In this document: positions 62,782-64,000 of the stretch, in pieces
Layout: every line of letters begins with the position of its first letter
How positions within the stretch are numbered: position 1 is the first letter of the stretch
Assembly: GCA_963763045.1 (NCBI GenBank)
Contig: CAVXNL010000019.1
Span: forward strand, 29,788 to 93,787
Reading direction: 5' to 3'
Origin: an uncultured Planctomycetaceae bacterium
Lineage (GTDB): Bacteria > Planctomycetota > Planctomycetia > Gemmatales > Gemmataceae
DNA length: 64,000 nt
Notes under the pieces: generated by a model
Told to the model about the DNA's origin: nothing
The model's database searches: none
Seen by the model: only the letters and a program-made list of their open reading frames with translations
Translations under genes and position numbers: made by a program

Positions 62782-63112
62782 AATGGTCGGTAAATCGAAC
62801 GCCATGGTGGAATGTTACCTTCTGCCGGAAATCGTGGACGATGCTGGTGGCACCAACGGGCGTGACACCGAGAACAAGGCTGGGGACGCCCTCGCCGAGT
62901 ACGTGCGGTGCGTCGCCGTCAGGTTTGCTCCCCGGTTCTTACAGGATGAGATTGTCGCAAAGATCCTCGCTTCCACGTCTGCGGAGATGGAGAACCGGGT
63001 GCGCCAGCAAATCAAGCTCATCATGCAGGAATACCGCCGCAAACCGGAACGGCCAGCGACGTCGCCCGCTCCCGACAAACCTGCTGAGGGCGGTGCGTCG
63101 CCGACCTCTTGA
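62782..63112 (+). CDS. hypothetical protein (~109 aa)
   Basis: MVGKSNAMVECYLLPEIVDDAGG... has an ordinary amino-acid composition rather than the Arg-heavy bias of wrong-frame high-GC ORFs, and is translationally coupled to the previous ORF. Confidence 0.3.
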
Positions 63113-64000
63113 GCGCTAGGCAAGTGCCGCTCACGCCGTCACCTTGTCCCCGCTCTGGCACCGCGACGTCAACGAACCCTTTATCCCGCAATCCCGTCGC
63201 CAGCGCCGCCGCCCGCTCCGGCTCACCATGCACCAACCGCACCTGCCGCGCCCTGCCGGCGAGTGGTCCGAGACTGTGCAACAATTCCGCGTGGTCGGCG
63301 TGGCTCGACAGGCCGTTGAGTACCACCACGTCGGCCTTAAGCGCTAACGTCCGCCCCAGGATGCGCACCTCGGGCAGGCGCTCCACCAACCGATGCCCGA
63401 GCGTGTTGGGAGCCTGATAGCCGACGATCAGGATCGTGTTCCGCGCGTCCTCGATCGTGTGCTTGAGATGGTGCTGGATCCGTCCCGCCTCGCACATGCC
63501 GCTGGCGGAGATGATGACACACGGCCCCGACTTGTCGTTCAGGGCGATGCTCTCGTGGACCTTTTCGACGTAGCGGATCCAGCGTTCGCCGAACAAATCG
63601 GGTTCCTGCTGCAAGAGCTGAAGCGTGGGTGCCCCGTAGCATTCGGTGTGGGACCGAAACACCTCGGTGGCCCGCACCGCCATCGGGCTGTCCACGTAGA
63701 CAGGGATTTGCGGCAGCCGGCCGGCGCTCATGAGCTGATGGAGGAAGTAAACGACCGTTTGCGTCCGGCCGACGCTGAACGCCGGGATCAGCAGTCTGCC
63801 GCCGCGTTCGGCCGTTTGGCGCACCACCTCGCCCAGGCGCTCGGCCGTTTCCTCGACGGGTTCATGCGTGTGGCCGCCATAGGTGCTCTCGCTGATGAGA
63901 AGATCCGCCGGCGGCACCGGGGCGGGTTCGCGCAAGATCGGCAGTCCCGGCCGGCCCAGGTCGCCGGTGAACGTCAGACGCCGCTCGCCGTCCGGCCCCT
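63021..64000 (-). CDS. MBL-fold / beta-CASP family metallo-hydrolase (RNase J/CPSF-like), 5' end beyond the window; the true 3' end is probably earlier than 63021
   Basis: LISESTYGGHTHEP (motif A-like), SGMCEAGRIQHHLK, LSSHADHAELL (beta-CASP motifs). The ORF tail overlaps two plus-strand ORFs, which suggests an unrecognised frameshift or stop. Confidence 0.7.
   Translation of the reverse strand, partial: GPDGERRLTFTGDLGRPGLPILREPAPVPPADLLISESTYGGHTHEPVEETAERLGEVVRQTAERGGRLLIPAFSVGRTQTVVYFLHQLMSAGRLPQIPVYVDSPMAVRATEVFRSHTECYGAPTLQLLQQEPDLFGERWIRYVEKVHESIALNDKSGPCVIISASGMCEAGRIQHHLKHTIEDARNTILIVGYQAPNTLGHRLVERLPEVRILGRTLALKADVVVLNGLSSHADHAELLHSLGPLAGRARQVRLVHGEPERAAALATGLRDKGFVDVAVPERGQGDGVSGTCLALKRSATHRPQQVCRERATSLAVPVCGGIPA

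Noticed and set aside
63021-63130. MBL/beta-CASP ORF tail overlapping the two plus-strand hypothetical ORFs
   Set aside because: The final ~35 codons (…SGTCLALKRSATHRPQQVCRERATSLAVPVCGGIPA) are Arg/Ser-rich and non-homologous. The real stop has probably been lost to a frameshift, so the exact 3' end is not asserted.

Overview
This is a high-GC (~62-65%) window from a bacterial chromosome, most likely Planctomycetota (Gemmata-like). The evidence for that is a DUF1559 pseudopilin, an ECF sigma factor fused to a TIGR03067 domain, DUF4058, PQQ and WD40 beta-propeller giants, and many Hanks-type kinases.

The main content, left to right:
- Housekeeping: sucD, peroxiredoxin, Ctp protease, cardiolipin synthase, an MqnC/E-type radical SAM enzyme.
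- A signalling and polysaccharide neighbourhood at 16.8-28.5 kb: a Ser/Thr kinase (STPK) with a giant TPR protein, a pseudokinase with a PilZ gene, a Wzc-like BY-kinase and an FHA-kinase.
- A CPC-type P1B ATPase fused in frame to an HflK-like SPFH domain, followed by HflC. Three hairpin-plus-motif repeats lie upstream of it.
- A redox cluster at 46.2-54.9 kb with two multiheme c-type cytochromes, a membrane protein, NuoE-like and NuoF-like subunits, and a NuoG-N-terminus / 2x cNMP-binding / poly-ferredoxin fusion protein. This is the most unusual candidate system in the window.
- An intact IS4-family insertion sequence with 22-bp terminal inverted repeats, sitting between two halves of a large membrane patatin-like phospholipase gene.
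- Two toxin-antitoxin-like pairs, a family of G-rich perfect palindromic repeat elements, and several intergenic hairpins.

A general caveat applies throughout. More than 20 genes, including sucD, ctp, nuoF and hflK/hflC, carry single-base frameshifts when read against their expected protein sequences. That pattern points to indel-type sequence error rather than real pseudogenes. Gene spans below are therefore the inferred full genes, not the fragmented ORFs from the track.
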